From: Acidimicrobiales bacterium
Lineage (GTDB): Bacteria; Actinomycetota; Acidimicrobiia; Acidimicrobiales; SZUA-35
Assembly: GCA_028285495.1 (NCBI GenBank)
Contig: JANQPB010000038.1
Location: 34,161-98,160 of the forward strand
Direction of reading: 5' to 3'
DNA: 64,000 nt
This document shows positions 1 through 10,281 of this stretch, piece by piece. Under the pieces are notes generated by a model. The model saw only the letters and a program-made list of their open reading frames with translations, was not told the origin of the DNA and did not search any database. Position 1 is the first letter of the stretch. The number at the start of each line of letters is the position of its first letter. The position numbers and the translations under genes are program-made.

Positions 1-398
1 GGTCGCTGCTCCTGATCCGCGAGGCACACGGCGGGGAGACCCGGTTCGCCGGCTTCAAGAAGACCATGGGTGCACAGCCGAGCGTCGTCTCGGACCGGCT
101 GAAGCGGCTCGTCGACATCGGGGTCCTCGAGCGGCACGAGTACAGCTCCCACCCACCTCGTTTCGAGTACCGCCTGACGACGATGGGCGACGACCTGTTC
201 CCGGTCCTGATCGCACTCAACACGTGGGGCGACGCCTACCTGTCCGGCGACGCCGGCCCGCCACTCGTCTATCGTCACGACCGGTGCGGGCACGCCGCCG
301 ACGCCACCGTCGTGTGCGGCCACTGCCGGGCCGAGCTGGCACCGGGAGACGTCACGGCCGAGCCTGGCCCGGGCTCAGCCAAGGGCGTCGACGAGTAG
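1..398 (+). CDS. HxlR-family winged-helix transcriptional regulator (5' end outside window)
   Basis: Frame 3 is open from the window edge into ORF 66..398. SDRLKRLVDIGVLERHEYSSHPPRFEYRLTTMGDDLFPVLIALNTWGD matches the HxlR recognition helix and wing. Confidence 0.75.
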   Translation, partial: SLLLIREAHGGETRFAGFKKTMGAQPSVVSDRLKRLVDIGVLERHEYSSHPPRFEYRLTTMGDDLFPVLIALNTWGDAYLSGDAGPPLVYRHDRCGHAADATVVCGHCRAELAPGDVTAEPGPGSAKGVDE

Positions 399-694
399 GT
401 CGTTCCACAGGCGACGAGGACCGTCTCGACCACCTCACCGACCGGGGCCTTCCCGCCGAGCAGCTCGGAGACGGACACCTCGCGCTCCTCGCTCGTCGTG
501 TCCGGTCCCGACCGCCCCCGGTCCGGGCCCACCGGTCGAGTGGGCGAACCCTTCGGCAGTTCCCGGCCCGCCGAGGTGGCCGGTGGCCGACCGGCTCCCT
601 TCGCCGAACCGGCGGAGCACCCGGCGACCGAGGCTGGTCTTGTTGACCTCGTCGGCGTCGCCGTTGGACCCAGACGACCAGCGAACGCGGGGGA

Positions 695-712
695 TAGGGA
701 CTTTCAGCCCTA
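695..712. promoter_or_regulatory. Imperfect palindrome TAGGGACTTTCAGCCCTA, DosR/DevR-box-like
   Basis: The left half GGGACT matches the core of the mycobacterial DosR consensus TTSGGGACTWWAGTCCCSAA as I recall it. The right half is degenerate. It lies ~90 nt upstream of the nar operon start. Confidence 0.2.
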
Positions 713-737
713 GTTGTCCGGGCGGAAATGGGGAAGG

Positions 738-772
738 GTCGAGTCAATGAGTCTCTGACTCATTGACTCGAC
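738..772. promoter_or_regulatory. 35-bp perfect inverted repeat (16-bp arms, 3-nt spacer) upstream of the nar operon
   Basis: GTCGAGTCAATGAGTC-TCT-GACTCATTGACTCGAC read directly. It is AT-richer than its surroundings and ends 11 nt before the AGGAGG RBS and 27 nt before the ATG at 799. Confidence 0.6.
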
Positions 773-798
773 GTTTGAACCAGCAGGAGGCCGAGGGG

Positions 799-1695
799 AT
801 GAGCCGGTTGCGTCTCGTGTCGAATCCGTCGGCCGGCCCGCTGGCGCTCGGGCTGCTGCTCGGCGGAGCGTCACTGCTCCTGGTGTCGCCGACCGCCGGA
901 CCGGCCGTCGACGCACAGAGCCCCTCCGGGTCGGACCTGTACTCGGCCAACTGCGCCAGCTGTCACCAGGCCGGCGGCGAGGGAATCGTCGGCACGTTCC
1001 CGCCGCTGCTCGGCAACCCGGCGGCGGCCGATGCGGCCTACGTCGAGTCCGTCGTCCGCGACGGCCTGAGCGGCCCGACCGAGGTACTCGGCGAGACCTA
1101 CGACGGGGTGATGCCACCGGTCGCCGGCCTGACCGATCCCGAGATCGCAGCCGTCGTCGACTACGTGGTCGACCTGGCGGGCCCGCCCGCAGCCAGTGAC
1201 GAGGATCCAACCTCGACCGAGCCCGAGCCGGCGGGCGACGCGACGAGTGACGAGGAGGCCGGCGCCGTGGTCGGCGACGCCGACCGGGGTCGGCAGTTGT
1301 TCCTCGGCTCTCGCGGCCTCGACGCCGGCACGCCGGCCTGCGGGTCGTGTCACACGGCCGGCTCGGTCGGCGACTACGGCGGGGCGGTGTTGGGCCCCGA
1401 CCTGACGGCGTCCTACGAGACCCTCGGTGGGGAGGCCGGTCTGACCGGCTGGCTGGCCAATCCCCCGACCGAGACGATGGCGGCCGTCTTCGCCGAGCGC
1501 CCGATGACCGAAGCCGAGGTGGCCGACGTCGTCGCCTTCCTGGCCGAAGCGCCGAGCGAGGAACGTCCGGACGGAGGGTTCGGCCGGGTCGTCGCCGCCG
1601 TGGTCGTCGGGCTCGTCGTCGCCTTCGGTCTGATGGCGGTGAGTGGGGCCCGCGCCCGTCGACCCTACGTTGCCAAATTGAGGAGTGCGCGATGA
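799..1695 (+). CDS. Membrane-anchored di-haem cytochrome c (Thermus NarC-like position and architecture)
   Basis: ORF 763..1695 trimmed to the ATG at 799, after the AGGAGG RBS. It has an N-terminal signal-like segment, two CxxCH motifs (CASCH, CGSCH), a downstream Met after each, and a C-terminal TM helix (VVAAVVVGLVVAFGLMAV). It overlaps the narG start. Confidence 0.8.
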   Translation: MSRLRLVSNPSAGPLALGLLLGGASLLLVSPTAGPAVDAQSPSGSDLYSANCASCHQAGGEGIVGTFPPLLGNPAAADAAYVESVVRDGLSGPTEVLGETYDGVMPPVAGLTDPEIAAVVDYVVDLAGPPAASDEDPTSTEPEPAGDATSDEEAGAVVGDADRGRQLFLGSRGLDAGTPACGSCHTAGSVGDYGGAVLGPDLTASYETLGGEAGLTGWLANPPTETMAAVFAERPMTEAEVADVVAFLAEAPSEERPDGGFGRVVAAVVVGLVVAFGLMAVSGARARRPYVAKLRSAR

Positions 1696-4600
1696 GCGCC
1701 ATGCGATCGTGGTCCCGCGAGACCGTCGACCCGGCGGCCCGCCGCTGGGAGGAGTTCTACCGGAACCGGTTCCAGCACGACAAGCGGGTCCGCACGACCC
1801 ACGGGGTCAACTGCACGGGCAGCTGTTCCTGGGAGGTGTTCGTCAAGAACGGCATCGTCACCTGGGAGCTGCAGGCCACCGACTACCCCGAGCTCGAGGA
1901 GGGCCTCCCACCGTACGAGCCCCGAGGCTGCCAGCGCGGCATCTCCTACTCCTGGTACCTCTACTCGCCGCTGCGGGTGAAGTACCCGTACGCCCGGGGT
2001 GAGCTCATCGACCTCTACCGCCAGCTGAAGTTCGAGGCCATGGGCGATCCGATCGCCGCCTGGCGCAACCTGCAGCGGTCACCGGGGTTGCGTCGCCGCT
2101 ACCAGCGGGCCCGGGGCAAGGGCGGGTTCCGTCGGATCGGATGGGACGAGGCCCTGGAGATCGCCGCCGCGTCGGTGATCCACACCATGGACCGACACGG
2201 CCCCGACCGCGTGGCCGGCTTCTCCCCCATCCCAGCCATGTCGCAGGTCAGCTACGCCGCCGGTAGCCGCTTCCTGTCGCTGATCGGCGGCACCGTCATG
2301 AGCTTCTACGACTGGTACTGCGACCTGCCCCCGGCATCGCCCGAGATCTGGGGTGAGCAGACCGACGTGCACGAGTCGGCCGATTGGTTCAACGCCAGGT
2401 TCATCGCCGTCATGGGCTCCAACCTCAACATGACGAGGACTCCGGACACCCACTTCATCTCCGAGGTCCGCCACGCCGGCGCCAAGCTGACGGTGTTCAG
2501 CCCCGACTTCTCCCAGGTCTCCAAGTACGCCGACTGGTGGATCCCCTCGAGCCCCGGTCAGGACACCGCCTTCTGGTTGGCCGTCAACCACGTCCTGCTC
2601 ACCGAGTTCTACCGGGACCGCCAGGTCGACTACTTCGAGCGCTACACCCGCCAGTACACCGACCTCCCGTTCCTGGTCCAGGTCGAGGACGGCAAGCCGA
2701 CCCGCTATCTGCGGGCCGACCGGCTCGCCGCCTATGCGGGCACCGAGAACAGCGACTGGAAGCTGCTCGTGTGGGACGGCGAGGCCCACGAGCCGAGGAT
2801 GCCGAACGGCTCGATCGGCGATCGCTGGGCCGACGAGGCCAAGGGTCGGTGGAACCTCGAGATGCACGACAGCGTGCTCGACCAGAAGATCCAGCCGGTC
2901 CTGACCCTCGACGGGGAGGGCGGGCCGACGACGCCCGTCGAGCTCGACTACTTCGGGGGTGAGGGCACCATCGCCCGCTCGGTCCCGGTCCGGACCGTCC
3001 AGACGCTCGACGGACCGGTTCAGGTGACCACCGTGTTCGATCTGATCATGGCCCGGTTCGGGGTCGACCGTGGCCTCGGCGGCTACCACGGGACGGGCTA
3101 CGACGATCCCGACTCGCCCTACACCCCGGCCTGGCAGGAGCAGCACACCGGGATCCACCGTGACACGGTGGTCGAGTTCGCCCGCCAGTGGGGGGCGAAC
3201 GCCGAGACAACCAACGGCCGCAACCTGATCATCATCGGCGCCGGGGCCAACCACTGGTACCACAACAACCTGCTGTACCGGGCGGGGATCACGGCCCTCA
3301 TGCTGACCGGTTCGGTCGGGGTCAACGGCGGTGGACTCGCCCACTACGTCGGTCAGGAGAAGGTGGTCAACCAGGCGTCGTGGGGCTCGGTCGCCTTCGG
3401 GCTCGACTGGGGCATGGTGCCGCGGCACCAGAACACGCCGTCGTTCCACTACGTGCACTCCGACCAGTGGCGCTACGAGCGGGGCTATCGGGAGTACGAC
3501 AGCCTGCCGGCCGATCACCCCGAGCGGTTCGACCACACCATCGACCACCAGGCCAGGGCCGTCCGTCGTGGCTGGCTGCCGTTCTTCCCCCAGTTCACCG
3601 AGAATCCCGTCTCGGTGGTCAGGCGGGCCAGGCGCGAGGGGGCCGAGACGAACGAGCAGGTCGTCGACCACGTCGTCGATCGTCTCCGGACCGGCGATCT
3701 GCAGTTCGCGGTCGACGATCCCGACGCCCCGGAGAGCTGGCCCCGGACGTGGTTCATCTGGCGGGGCAACGCCATCGGGACCTCGGCCAAGGGCCACGAG
3801 TTCTTCATGCGCCACTACCTGGGCACCGACTCGACCGCCATCGCCGCCGAGCCGGACGACCACGGGGTGACCGAGGTCGAGGTCCGCCCGGACGCCCCGA
3901 TCGGCAAGATGGACCTGGTCGTCGACCTCAACTTCCGCATGGACACCTCGGCCATGTACTCCGACATCGTCCTGCCGGCCGCCACCTGGTACGAGAAGGA
4001 CGACCTCAACACCACCGACATGCACTCCTTCATCAACCCGATGCAGGCCGCGGTGGCGCCGGCCTGGGAGTCGAAGTCGGACTGGGACATCTTCACCGCC
4101 CTGGCGGCCAAGGTGCAGGAGCTGGCGGCCGGACGGCTGCCGGCGGTGCTCGAGGACGTCGTGATGTCGCCGCTGGCCCACGACACCCCGGACGAGCTGG
4201 CCCAGCCGACGGTGGTCGACTGGCGCGACGGCGACGCCCCGGCCATTCCCGGCAAGACCATGCCGAAGTTCGCGGTGGTCGAACGGCGCCTCGACCAACT
4301 GCACGAGCGGATGACCTCGCTCGGCCCCGGCGTCCGGGCCAACGGCGTCGCCGCCCACGGCCTGCGGATCCCGGTCGGGGACTTCTACGACGAGCTCGCC
4401 CGCCGCCAACCGGCCGCGTCGCCGAACGGCTCGGCCCCAGGGCACGGCGCCAACGGGGACGGCACGGCTCGACCATCGCTGCTGCGAGCCCGGGAGGTCT
4501 GCGACGCCATCCTGGCCCTCGACCCGGCCAGCAACGGCGAGCTGGCCATGCGGGCGTTCGAGGCCGAGGAGGCCAAGACCGGGCGCCCGCTCCGCCACCT

Positions 4601-5345
4601 CGGAGCCGGCCAACGCGACACCCGCACCAGCTTCGCCGACATCGTGGCCCAACCGCGACGGGTCCTGACCACCCCGACCTGGAGCGGGCTCGTCGGCAAG
4701 GGCCGCCCGTACAGCCCCTTCACGGTCAACGTCGAGCACCTGGTCCCGTGGCGGACCCTGACCGGTCGCCAGCACTTCTACCTCGACCACGAGCAGTACC
4801 TGGCCTGGGGTGAGCACCTGCCGGTCTACAAGCCCCGGCCCGATCACACGATGCTGTCGGAGACCGAGCAGACGCTGGTCGAGGGTCAGGGCGGTCGGCT
4901 CTTCAACTACCTGACTCCCCACGGCAAGTGGTCGATCCACTCGACCTACGGCGACAACGAGCGGATGATGACCCTGTCCAGGGGCGGGTACCCCATCTGG
5001 CTCAACGCCAAGGACGCCAAGGACCTCGGGATCGCCGACAACGACTGGGTCGAGCTCTACAACGACAACGGCGTGTTCGTCCAGCGCTGCACGACGTCGT
5101 CCCGCATCCCCCGGGGGACCGTGTTCGTCTACCACGCCACCGAGCGCACCGTGGGCGTGCCGATCTCGCCCCGCCGCCAGAAGCGGGCCGGGATGAACAA
5201 CTCGCTGACCAGGGCCCGGCTCAAGCCGGTCCTGATGAGCGGCGGCTACGCCCAGTTCACCTACTTCTTCAACTACTGGGGCCCGACCGGGGTCAACCGC
5301 GACACCTTCGTCTACCTGCGCCGTATCGAGCGGCCCGATTACTGA
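1692..5345 (+). CDS. narG: Respiratory nitrate reductase alpha subunit
   Basis: ORF 1347..5345 trimmed to the ATG at 1692 (RBS AGGAG at 1681). The N-terminus has HGVNCTGSCSWEV (FS0 H-x3-C-x3-C). About 1217 aa with molybdopterin oxidoreductase motifs throughout. Confidence 0.95.
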   Translation: MSAMRSWSRETVDPAARRWEEFYRNRFQHDKRVRTTHGVNCTGSCSWEVFVKNGIVTWELQATDYPELEEGLPPYEPRGCQRGISYSWYLYSPLRVKYPYARGELIDLYRQLKFEAMGDPIAAWRNLQRSPGLRRRYQRARGKGGFRRIGWDEALEIAAASVIHTMDRHGPDRVAGFSPIPAMSQVSYAAGSRFLSLIGGTVMSFYDWYCDLPPASPEIWGEQTDVHESADWFNARFIAVMGSNLNMTRTPDTHFISEVRHAGAKLTVFSPDFSQVSKYADWWIPSSPGQDTAFWLAVNHVLLTEFYRDRQVDYFERYTRQYTDLPFLVQVEDGKPTRYLRADRLAAYAGTENSDWKLLVWDGEAHEPRMPNGSIGDRWADEAKGRWNLEMHDSVLDQKIQPVLTLDGEGGPTTPVELDYFGGEGTIARSVPVRTVQTLDGPVQVTTVFDLIMARFGVDRGLGGYHGTGYDDPDSPYTPAWQEQHTGIHRDTVVEFARQWGANAETTNGRNLIIIGAGANHWYHNNLLYRAGITALMLTGSVGVNGGGLAHYVGQEKVVNQASWGSVAFGLDWGMVPRHQNTPSFHYVHSDQWRYERGYREYDSLPADHPERFDHTIDHQARAVRRGWLPFFPQFTENPVSVVRRARREGAETNEQVVDHVVDRLRTGDLQFAVDDPDAPESWPRTWFIWRGNAIGTSAKGHEFFMRHYLGTDSTAIAAEPDDHGVTEVEVRPDAPIGKMDLVVDLNFRMDTSAMYSDIVLPAATWYEKDDLNTTDMHSFINPMQAAVAPAWESKSDWDIFTALAAKVQELAAGRLPAVLEDVVMSPLAHDTPDELAQPTVVDWRDGDAPAIPGKTMPKFAVVERRLDQLHERMTSLGPGVRANGVAAHGLRIPVGDFYDELARRQPAASPNGSAPGHGANGDGTARPSLLRAREVCDAILALDPASNGELAMRAFEAEEAKTGRPLRHLGAGQRDTRTSFADIVAQPRRVLTTPTWSGLVGKGRPYSPFTVNVEHLVPWRTLTGRQHFYLDHEQYLAWGEHLPVYKPRPDHTMLSETEQTLVEGQGGRLFNYLTPHGKWSIHSTYGDNERMMTLSRGGYPIWLNAKDAKDLGIADNDWVELYNDNGVFVQRCTTSSRIPRGTVFVYHATERTVGVPISPRRQKRAGMNNSLTRARLKPVLMSGGYAQFTYFFNYWGPTGVNRDTFVYLRRIERPDY

Positions 5346-5355
5346 GGAGCCCGCG

Positions 5356-6911
<1,556 letters not shown>

Positions 6912-6915
<4 letters not shown>

Positions 6916-7502
6916 TCCCGGCCGCAGCCGACCTCGCCGTCGCCTTCCGCTACCCCGAGCCCGGGGCGGCCGAACGGCTCACCGCAGCCGTCGAGCGGAT
7001 CCCCGCCGGATCGGTCCGGCGCCACCTGCAGCGCTTCGCCGATGCGGTCACCGGGCTGCCGCTGAGCCGGTGGGAGGAGCTGCACACCGACACCCTCGAC
7101 CTCGGTCCGCTCGTCACGCCCTATGTCGGCCACGTCATCTGGGCCGACAACTACCAGCGGGGTGCGTTCATGGCCGAGCTGGCCGCCGCCCAGGCCGCGG
7201 CCGGTGTCGATCCCGCCGGCGAGCTGCCCGACCACCTCGAACCCGTGCTGCGGTACCTGGCCGTGACCGAGACCGCACTCGAGGAGCTGATCGAGGTCCT
7301 GCCAAGGGCGCTGCAGCTGATGGAGCAGTCGCTGCGCCGGGCGGACGCCGACAACCCCTACCGCTTCGTCCTGGCCGCCTGCATCGATCTCGTCGGCGAC
7401 CTCCCGAGCGCCGCCCCACCGCCCCGGCGACGTCGACCCGATGGCGGGAACCCACCCATCGAGACACCGGTCCGGGTCGGCAACGGAGGAGGCCAGCCAT
7501 GA
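6912..7502 (+). CDS. narJ: Nitrate reductase Mo-cofactor assembly chaperone
   Basis: GTG at 6912 overlaps the narH stop and lies in the frame of ORF 5400..7502. It has a TorD/NarJ-like ELPDHLEPVLRYLA segment and sits between narH and narI. Confidence 0.8.
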
Positions 7503-8206
7503 CCACCAACGATCTCCTGTTCGGGGCGATCCCCTACGCCGCGGTGGTGCTCGCCGTCGTCGTCACCGTGGTCCGGTGGCGTCGCGCCGCCTTCACGGTG
7601 TCCTCGTTGTCGTCGCAGCTACTCGAGAGCCGACTGCTGTACTGGGGATCGGTTCCCTTCCACTGGGGCCTGTCGCTGATCCTGGTCGGGCACCTCGTCG
7701 GGTTGCTGATCCCCCAGGGTCTCGAGGCCTGGAACGGCGCCCCCGTCCGGCTCTACGTGGCCGAGGCCACCGGGCTGGCGCTCGCACTATGGGCCGGTTT
7801 CGGGCTCGTCGTCCTGGTGTACCGACGCCTGTCCAACGCCCGGATCCGCGCCGTGACCACACCGATGGACCTCGTCGTGCTCGCCATCATCGGCGTCCAG
7901 ATCCTCAGCGGCGTCTGGATCGCGGTGGCCCACCGCTGGGGCTCGGCCTGGGGCCCCGGCGTGCTCGGCGCCTACGTCCGATCGCTGTTCGCGCTGCAGC
8001 CGGAGCCGGGCTACGTCGCACCCCTCCCGTTCATGGTGAAGGTCCACGTCCTGGCGTTCTTCGTCTTCCTCGCCGTGTTCCCGTTCAGTCGGCTGGTCCA
8101 CATCGTGACCCTGCCGTTGCAGTACCTGGCTCGACCGTGGCAGAAGGTCGTCGCCGACCGCTACCCGCCGCATCCCTCCTACGTCACCCCCCGCCGGGGA
8201 AGGTAG
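7499..8206 (+). CDS. narI: Respiratory nitrate reductase gamma subunit (di-haem b, membrane)
   Basis: ATG at 7499 overlaps the narJ stop. Five predicted TM helices and conserved His positions (FHWGLSLILVGHLVGLL, AVAHRW, KVHVLAFF). Confidence 0.9.
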   Translation: MTTNDLLFGAIPYAAVVLAVVVTVVRWRRAAFTVSSLSSQLLESRLLYWGSVPFHWGLSLILVGHLVGLLIPQGLEAWNGAPVRLYVAEATGLALALWAGFGLVVLVYRRLSNARIRAVTTPMDLVVLAIIGVQILSGVWIAVAHRWGSAWGPGVLGAYVRSLFALQPEPGYVAPLPFMVKVHVLAFFVFLAVFPFSRLVHIVTLPLQYLARPWQKVVADRYPPHPSYVTPRRGR

Positions 8207-8210
8207 GGCC

Positions 8211-8651
8211 ATGAAACTCGAAGTCACCCGCATGAGCGACCTTGCCATCCGTGCCCTCCTCGCCCTCGACCGACAGGACGAGCGGCTCAAGAGCGGCGAA
8301 CTCGCCGAGCGCCTCGACGCGACCCCGGCGTTCATGGCGCAGGTCATGGTCCCGCTCGTCCACCGGGGCTGGGTCGAGTCGGCCCCGGGGCCGACCGGAG
8401 GGTACGAGCTCATCGCCGATCTGCGCCGGATCTCGGTGCTCCAGGTCATCGAGACGGTGGAGGGCCCGACCGACACCGGCCGATGTGTCGTCGTCGACGG
8501 ACCATGCGGGAACGACGGTTTCTGTGCGCTGCACGAGGCCTGGAGCGCGGCCAGGGATCTGCTGGCCCGGCACCTGGCCAGCACGCCGCTGAGCGAGGTG
8601 GCGGCCGACCTTTCGATCGAGTCAGGCGAACGAGGAGCGGACGATGGCTGA
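8211..8651 (+). CDS. Rrf2-family transcriptional regulator with Cys cluster ligands (NsrR/IscR-like)
   Basis: N-terminal wHTH (SDLAIRALLAL...SGELAERL) and a C-x6-C-x5-C triad (CVVVDGPCGNDGFC). It starts 4 nt after narI and overlaps the next gene. Confidence 0.85.
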   Translation: MKLEVTRMSDLAIRALLALDRQDERLKSGELAERLDATPAFMAQVMVPLVHRGWVESAPGPTGGYELIADLRRISVLQVIETVEGPTDTGRCVVVDGPCGNDGFCALHEAWSAARDLLARHLASTPLSEVAADLSIESGERGADDG

Positions 8652-10281
8652 CCAGGCACAACCGGAGACCAACGAGACGAGCGAGCCACCGCCCCAGCTC
8701 CTCGACTTCAGCCAGGAACGGATTCGGGTCCTGCACTTCACGTGGATCGCCTTCTTCATGACGTTCTACGTGTGGTTCAACCTGGCCCCGCTGGCGACGA
8801 CCATGCGGGAGAGCTCCGACTGGCTCACGAAGGAGCACGTCAAGGTCCTGCTGATCGCCAACGTGGCCCTCACCATCCCGGCCCGGATCGTCATCGGCGC
8901 CCTGATCGATCGGTTCGGGGCCCGGATCGTGTTCACCTGGCTGATGATCACGATGTCGATCCCGACCATCTGGTTCGCCTTCGCCGACGACTTCACCCAG
9001 ATGCTGATCTCCCGCCTGGCCCTGAGCTCGGTCGGCGCCGGGTTCGTCATCGGGATCAAGATGGTGGCCCAGTGGTTCCCACCCCGCTACATCGGCCGGG
9101 CCGAGGGCTTCTACGCCGGGTGGGGCAACTTCGGCTCGGCGTTCGCAGCGATGACCCTGCCGTGGTTCGCCCTCACCGTGTTGAACCGCTGGTTCGACGT
9201 CGGCGTCGACTCCTGGCGGTGGGCCATGGCGATCAACGGCGTCGTGCTGGCGGCCTACGGCGTCCTCTACTACTTCCTCGTCCGTGACGTGCCGGACGGG
9301 CGGACCCTCCAGCGGACCAAGAAGACCGAGCCGATGCTGACCTCGTCTTACCGGGACCTGGTCCAGTACCTGGTCTGGTCGATCCCACTGGTCGGCGCCC
9401 TCGGGGTGCTGGCGTGGCGGATCTCCAACGTCGACGTCGACGGCGAGCCGGTGCTCTCCGACCGCGGGCTCTCTCTGATCTGGCTCGTGCTGGCCGTCGT
9501 CTACGTCGTCCACGCCATCCGCACCCTGCAGACCAACCTCCCCCATCTCCGGGCCGGCGTGCCCGAGGAGGAGCGCTACTCCTTCGGCAGCGTGGCCGCA
9601 CTCAACTCCACCTACTTCGCGAACTTCGGGGCCGAGCTGGCGGTCGTGTCCATGCTGCCCGAGTTCTTCGAGACGGTCTTCGCCACCCTGCAGAACTCGG
9701 CCGGCCAGCCGATCGTGACCGCCACCGTCGCCGGCCTCGTCGCCTCGTCGTTCGCCTTCGTCAACCTCGGCGCCCGTCCCCTCGGCGGCTACCTCTCCGA
9801 CCGCCTCCCGAGCAGGAAGCGGACCATGCTGGTCTACATCCTCGGCATCGTCGTCGGGTTCCTGCTCATGGCCATGATCAGCAGCTGGGCTCCCGGCGTC
9901 GACGAGGACGGGCTCCGCAACCTCGAGCCCGCCTTCGGCGGCCTCGCCTGGTTGTTCGTCGCCATGGCCATCACGATCTTCGCCTCGGTGTTCGTGCAGG
10001 GGGCCGAAGGGGCGACCTTTGCCATCATCCCGATGGTCAATCGACGCATGACGGGACAGATCGCGGGCATGGCCGGCGCCTACGGCAACGTCGGCGCCGT
10101 CATCTACCTCGTCATCTTCTCCCTGGTCGACGCCAGGACGTTCTTCTTCATCCTGGCCGGCGGCGCGGCGGTCAGCTTCGCCATGACCCTGTTCCTCCTC
10201 GAGGAACCCGAGGACTCGTTCTCCGAGTCGATGGGCGACGAACCGCACCCCGTGCGAACGGAGGTGACCAGCGATGTCTGA
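8644..10281 (+). CDS. narK: MFS nitrate/nitrite transporter, copy 1
   Basis: Twelve-TM MFS profile, NarK-like glycine-rich motifs (GWGNFGSAF, GAYGNVGAV) and nar operon context. Confidence 0.85.
   Translation: MADQAQPETNETSEPPPQLLDFSQERIRVLHFTWIAFFMTFYVWFNLAPLATTMRESSDWLTKEHVKVLLIANVALTIPARIVIGALIDRFGARIVFTWLMITMSIPTIWFAFADDFTQMLISRLALSSVGAGFVIGIKMVAQWFPPRYIGRAEGFYAGWGNFGSAFAAMTLPWFALTVLNRWFDVGVDSWRWAMAINGVVLAAYGVLYYFLVRDVPDGRTLQRTKKTEPMLTSSYRDLVQYLVWSIPLVGALGVLAWRISNVDVDGEPVLSDRGLSLIWLVLAVVYVVHAIRTLQTNLPHLRAGVPEEERYSFGSVAALNSTYFANFGAELAVVSMLPEFFETVFATLQNSAGQPIVTATVAGLVASSFAFVNLGARPLGGYLSDRLPSRKRTMLVYILGIVVGFLLMAMISSWAPGVDEDGLRNLEPAFGGLAWLFVAMAITIFASVFVQGAEGATFAIIPMVNRRMTGQIAGMAGAYGNVGAVIYLVIFSLVDARTFFFILAGGAAVSFAMTLFLLEEPEDSFSESMGDEPHPVRTEVTSDV

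Noticed and set aside
710-1702. 330-aa ORF on the minus strand opposite the cytochrome c gene, extremely Arg/Pro-rich.
   Set aside because: The composition is typical of an out-of-frame or antisense reading of GC-rich coding DNA. The plus-strand frame has two CxxCH motifs, a signal peptide and a TM anchor.
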